Of a DNA stretch of 30,157 bases, positions 26,813 through 30,157 are shown one piece after another (position 1 is the first letter of the stretch; each line of letters opens with the position of its first letter). The notes below the pieces were generated by a model. The model made no database searches. It saw only the letters and a list, made by a program, of their open reading frames with translations, and had not been told where the DNA came from. The position numbers were made by a program, and so were the translations under genes. Origin of the DNA: Bacteroidales bacterium (GTDB lineage Bacteria; Bacteroidota; Bacteroidia; Bacteroidales; F082); contig DATCTB010000490.1 in the NCBI GenBank assembly GCA_036568185.1, positions 1 to 30,157 on the forward strand, written 5' to 3'.

Positions 26813-29800
26813 ATGAAAAAAATCTACTTAACATTCGCAAGTATGCTCATTGTCTGCTTAGCTTTTTTGCAACAAGGCAATTTGTTCGCGCAACAAAATG
26901 GATTTTCGGGTAAGCAAAAAACTTCGAACGCCAATCAGAGTTTTACTCCTGAAAATCTTTTTAAAATCGGAAATTCTGAAAGAGCCGAATCTGAAAGAAT
27001 TGCCTCAGCCGAAAGCCTGGCCTACAATTCCATTCCCTTTTTTAAACCAAACAGCATTGATGGAAACAACTATTCTTCTTTGAAATATGCTGCCAACAGC
27101 CAGTTGATTTTTGCCGAAAACAAATCAGGAAGCGGTGTTTCTTATGAGTCAAGGTCTCAAGAAAACATCTCGGAAGCTTGTTATATGTACCTGGATCAAC
27201 TTGCCAAAGCAATTTATATTGAAAACCCTTCCGAAGAATTTAAGGTGATTGAAACTAAGGAAGATAATTTAGGTTTTATTCATATAAAAATGCAGCAGTA
27301 TTTTGAAGAAATTACGGTGTATGGCGGCCAGGTAGTTTTACACGGGAGCAATGGTATGCTGAATACTTTTAATGGAAATTGCTTTCCAACTCCCAAATTA
27401 TCATCGCTTACACCCGAAATTTCTACAGAACAAGCAGTTGAAATAGTTCGTGCCGATGTAAGCCAGCATTCACAAATGAAAGACCTGACAGAAAATGAAA
27501 AATTTATTTTGAATTATTCGAATCCTGTTCCTGAACTGGTTATATATCATAACCGGCTGCAATTGAATGCCGAGAAGTTGGTTTGGCATATCACCTTCAG
27601 GCCGAATTTTCTTGCTCGATGGGAATATTTTGTTGATGCCATTTCGGGTGAAATCATCAATAAATATGACAACACCTGCACCGATGGCCCGGCAACAGCC
27701 CAAGCTGTTGACCTGAACGGAGTAAGCCGCTCAATTGACACATATTTATCAGGAGGTAAATATTACATGATCGATGCTTCGCGCCCGATGTTCAATTCGG
27801 GGCAATCACAAATGCCTGATAAACCGGTCGGAGCCATCTGGACTATTGACGCCAATAATACAAGCGGCCAGAATATTAGCCTGTTTCATATTACATCGAA
27901 CAACAACCAGTGGAATAACCCAACCGGTGTTTCGGCACATTACAATGCCGGTGTTACTTATGAATATTTTAAAAATGTGCATAACCGCAATTCGATAAAC
28001 GATAAGGGAGGAACAATTATTTCCATTATAAACGTGGCTGACGATAATGGCGGCGGTATGGATAATGCATACTGGAATGGTGAAGCCATGTTTTATGGAA
28101 ATGGCGACCAGGCCTTTAAGCCTTTGGCTGGTGGGCTCGATGTAGGCGCCCACGAAATGACACATGGTGTAGTTCAAAACACTGCCAACCTGGAGTATCA
28201 ATATGAATCTGGAGCAATCAATGAGGCAATGGCCGATATAGCAGGTTGCATGGTTGACCGCCAGGACTGGAAATTAGGCGAAGATGTTATTCCTGCCGGA
28301 AGCCCTTATTTTCCTTCGGGCGCACTACGCGACATGCAAAATCCCCACAACGGCGGAACCAGCTTGAACGACAATGGATACCAACCCATGCACATGAGTG
28401 AAAAATACAATGGCTCTGATGACAACGGCGGAGTACACATCAATAGCGGAATTATAAACCATGCCTATTATTTACTGGCTGAAAGCATTTCAAAAGACAA
28501 AGCAGAAAAACTTTTTTACCGAGCCCTGGCCAATTATATGACCAAAAGTTCACAATTCATTGACTGCCGCCTTGCTTTTGAACAATCGGCAAAAGACCTT
28601 TATGGAGCTGGCTCAAATGAATACAATGCAGTAGTAACAGCATTTTACTCGGTTGGAATTGGAGAAAATACTGGTGGTGGTGGTGGAAGCGCACCTCCCG
28701 GTGAATTGCCTGTTAATCCAGGTCAGGACTATATTGTTAGCTATGATGTAAATCCTGCAGACCCAAACACTTTGTATATTTCGAGCACTCAAGGTGATAA
28801 TTTTGTGCCGATTAGCGAAACAAAAATGAAAGGCAAACTTAGTGCTACCGACGATGGTTCTTTTGCACTATTTATCAGCGAATCAGACGAAATGAGGTAT
28901 ATCGAACTGCAGGCACCCTACAATGAAGACAAACTTTCCTCACAATTGATTTGGGATAATGTTGCCATTTCGAAAGATGGCAACCGCATTGCTGCTATTA
29001 CAACTGAAATAGATTCCGCAATCTGGGTGTATGATTATAACACAGAAGTCTGGGCAAAATACCATTTGTACAACCCAACTTTTACCCCAGGCGTTGTTAC
29101 CGAAAATGTTTTGTATGCCGACCAGATTGAATGGGACTACTCAGGAGAATACCTGATTTATGATGCATATAATGAAATGGAAAACAGCAGTGGCGAAAAT
29201 ATTGATTACTGGGATATGGGTCTGATAAGGGTATGGAACAAAGCCGCTAACAGCTGGGGCGATGGGCAGATTTTCAAGATTTTTTCAAACCTGCCTGAAG
29301 GAATTAGTGTTGGCAACCCAAGCCTTTCCAAAAATTCGCCTTACATCATGGCATTTGATTATCTTGACAGCAATACCGGAGAAATGGATGTGCTGGCGGC
29401 CAATCTTGAAACCGGCGATATTGGGACTATTTTTGAAGGCAATTTAGTACTCGGTTATCCTAATTATTCGAAAGAGGACAATAAAATTGTTTTCAGTGCC
29501 CAAGACACTCAAAATAATGAGGTTGTAGCTGAAATACCTCTTAAAATAAATAAAATTGAACCCAATGGTAGTGCTACCATTTTAATTGGCGATGCCAAAT
29601 GGCCCATCTGGTATTCAACCGGAATTCGCGATTTATCAGATGTTGAAGATCAATTAGCTGAAAATATTTTCACAAACGCTTACCCCAACCCTTTCAGCGA
29701 TGAACTAACGGTTGTAATAAATGGAAAATCAAATGCAGATTATCGCATTGAAGTCTATAATATGTATGGGCAGCTCGTAAGCCAGAAATCAGGCATATCT

Positions 29801-29914
29801 GCAGAATCATTTACAAAAACGAATTTTACTTTAAGCCAATTGGCAAAAGGAACTTATGTTGTAAAAGTTTTTGTTGGAAATAAAGTTAGCAGCCTGAAGG
29901 TGGTGAAGAGTTGA
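26813..29914 (+). CDS. M4 (thermolysin/bacillolysin) zinc metalloprotease preproprotein with TolB-like propeller and T9SS C-terminal sorting domain
   Basis: Signal peptide; FTP/PepSY-like propeptide (HIKMQQYFEEITVYGGQ, WEYFVDAISGEII); NAYWNG, AHEMTHGV, SGAINEAMAD, DNGGVHINSG; Gly linker; PD40-like repeats; YPNPFSDE...IEVYNMYGQLV...KGTYVVKV...KVVK. Confidence 0.95.
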   Translation: MKKIYLTFASMLIVCLAFLQQGNLFAQQNGFSGKQKTSNANQSFTPENLFKIGNSERAESERIASAESLAYNSIPFFKPNSIDGNNYSSLKYAANSQLIFAENKSGSGVSYESRSQENISEACYMYLDQLAKAIYIENPSEEFKVIETKEDNLGFIHIKMQQYFEEITVYGGQVVLHGSNGMLNTFNGNCFPTPKLSSLTPEISTEQAVEIVRADVSQHSQMKDLTENEKFILNYSNPVPELVIYHNRLQLNAEKLVWHITFRPNFLARWEYFVDAISGEIINKYDNTCTDGPATAQAVDLNGVSRSIDTYLSGGKYYMIDASRPMFNSGQSQMPDKPVGAIWTIDANNTSGQNISLFHITSNNNQWNNPTGVSAHYNAGVTYEYFKNVHNRNSINDKGGTIISIINVADDNGGGMDNAYWNGEAMFYGNGDQAFKPLAGGLDVGAHEMTHGVVQNTANLEYQYESGAINEAMADIAGCMVDRQDWKLGEDVIPAGSPYFPSGALRDMQNPHNGGTSLNDNGYQPMHMSEKYNGSDDNGGVHINSGIINHAYYLLAESISKDKAEKLFYRALANYMTKSSQFIDCRLAFEQSAKDLYGAGSNEYNAVVTAFYSVGIGENTGGGGGSAPPGELPVNPGQDYIVSYDVNPADPNTLYISSTQGDNFVPISETKMKGKLSATDDGSFALFISESDEMRYIELQAPYNEDKLSSQLIWDNVAISKDGNRIAAITTEIDSAIWVYDYNTEVWAKYHLYNPTFTPGVVTENVLYADQIEWDYSGEYLIYDAYNEMENSSGENIDYWDMGLIRVWNKAANSWGDGQIFKIFSNLPEGISVGNPSLSKNSPYIMAFDYLDSNTGEMDVLAANLETGDIGTIFEGNLVLGYPNYSKEDNKIVFSAQDTQNNEVVAEIPLKINKIEPNGSATILIGDAKWPIWYSTGIRDLSDVEDQLAENIFTNAYPNPFSDELTVVINGKSNADYRIEVYNMYGQLVSQKSGISAESFTKTNFTLSQLAKGTYVVKVFVGNKVSSLKVVKS

Positions 29915-29985
29915 TTTTATTGATAGTTAAACCCTTTTGTTATTCTAAGGGGCAAAACCATATAAAAAGGCTATTAAAAAATTTC

Positions 29986-30071
29986 GAACAAGGATTAACG
30001 AATGATGAATTAAGATTTGCTTTTTTAACGCCAATTTCAAATCAAAAATCTTAAATCGTTAATCCTTGTTC
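29986..30071. repeat. Inverted-repeat element built from 7-bp units (MITE/REP-like)
   Basis: Perfect 16-bp terminal inverted repeat gaacaaggattaacga (29986-30001) / tcgttaatccttgttc (30056-30071). Each arm has five GA-initiated units around an 18-nt spacer. Confidence 0.8.
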
Positions 30072-30157
30072 ATTATTTCATTTCCAATTATCACTTCACT
30101 ACATGCACAATTTTTCAAGGCTTTGGCTCTCTGAGTGAATAAAAAACTATCTCTCAA

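Noticed and set aside
28672-28686. (TGG)5 microsatellite in the protease gene as a phase-variation switch
   Set aside because: A trinucleotide unit encoding the Gly linker; slippage would not shift the frame.
2918-29447. About 35 short ORFs (60-131 aa) in the track lying antisense to, or out of frame within, the long genes
   Set aside because: Fully nested in well-supported CDSs, with no recognisable motifs or signal peptides; expected shadow ORFs.
30059-30157. Open minus-strand frame from the right edge ending at TAA ~30059 (…FLFTQRAKALKNCACSEVIIGNEIMNKD)
   Set aside because: Only ~32 codons visible, no recognisable motif, and it runs into the inverted-repeat arm; cannot be supported without the next window.
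1-30157. CRISPR array, integrase, transposase or prophage genes
   Set aside because: No regularly spaced 25-45 bp repeats with unique spacers and no recombinase, transposase or phage motifs were found in any long ORF.

Overview
Bacteroidota (probably Bacteroidales, T9SS-bearing) chromosomal window with four blocks. (1) 1-14806, minus strand: a beta-1,3-glucan/laminarin-type polysaccharide utilisation locus. It runs kinase-less membrane-spanning Y_Y_Y/LuxR regulator, susC, susD, two PKD-containing surface lipoproteins (one with an ~86%-identical tandem domain duplication), an internal terminator-like hairpin, two GH16 lipoproteins, and a GH149-like phosphorylase that runs off the left edge and is absent from the ORF track. 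A phased 11-bp repeat array sits just upstream of the susC promoter. (2) tRNA-Phe(GAA) with a terminator, divergent from a housekeeping/envelope cluster: coaX, FadL-like barrel, TPR protein, lptC, CNNM/CBS protein, ppiD-like. (3) mrdA-rodA on the minus strand with no mreBCD in front. (4) A small lipoprotein with an emfourin-like motif pattern 19 bp upstream of a T9SS-secreted M4 metalloprotease, followed by an inverted element built from 7-bp units. No CRISPR array, integrase or transposase was seen. All family assignments come from motif recognition by eye; no database search was run.
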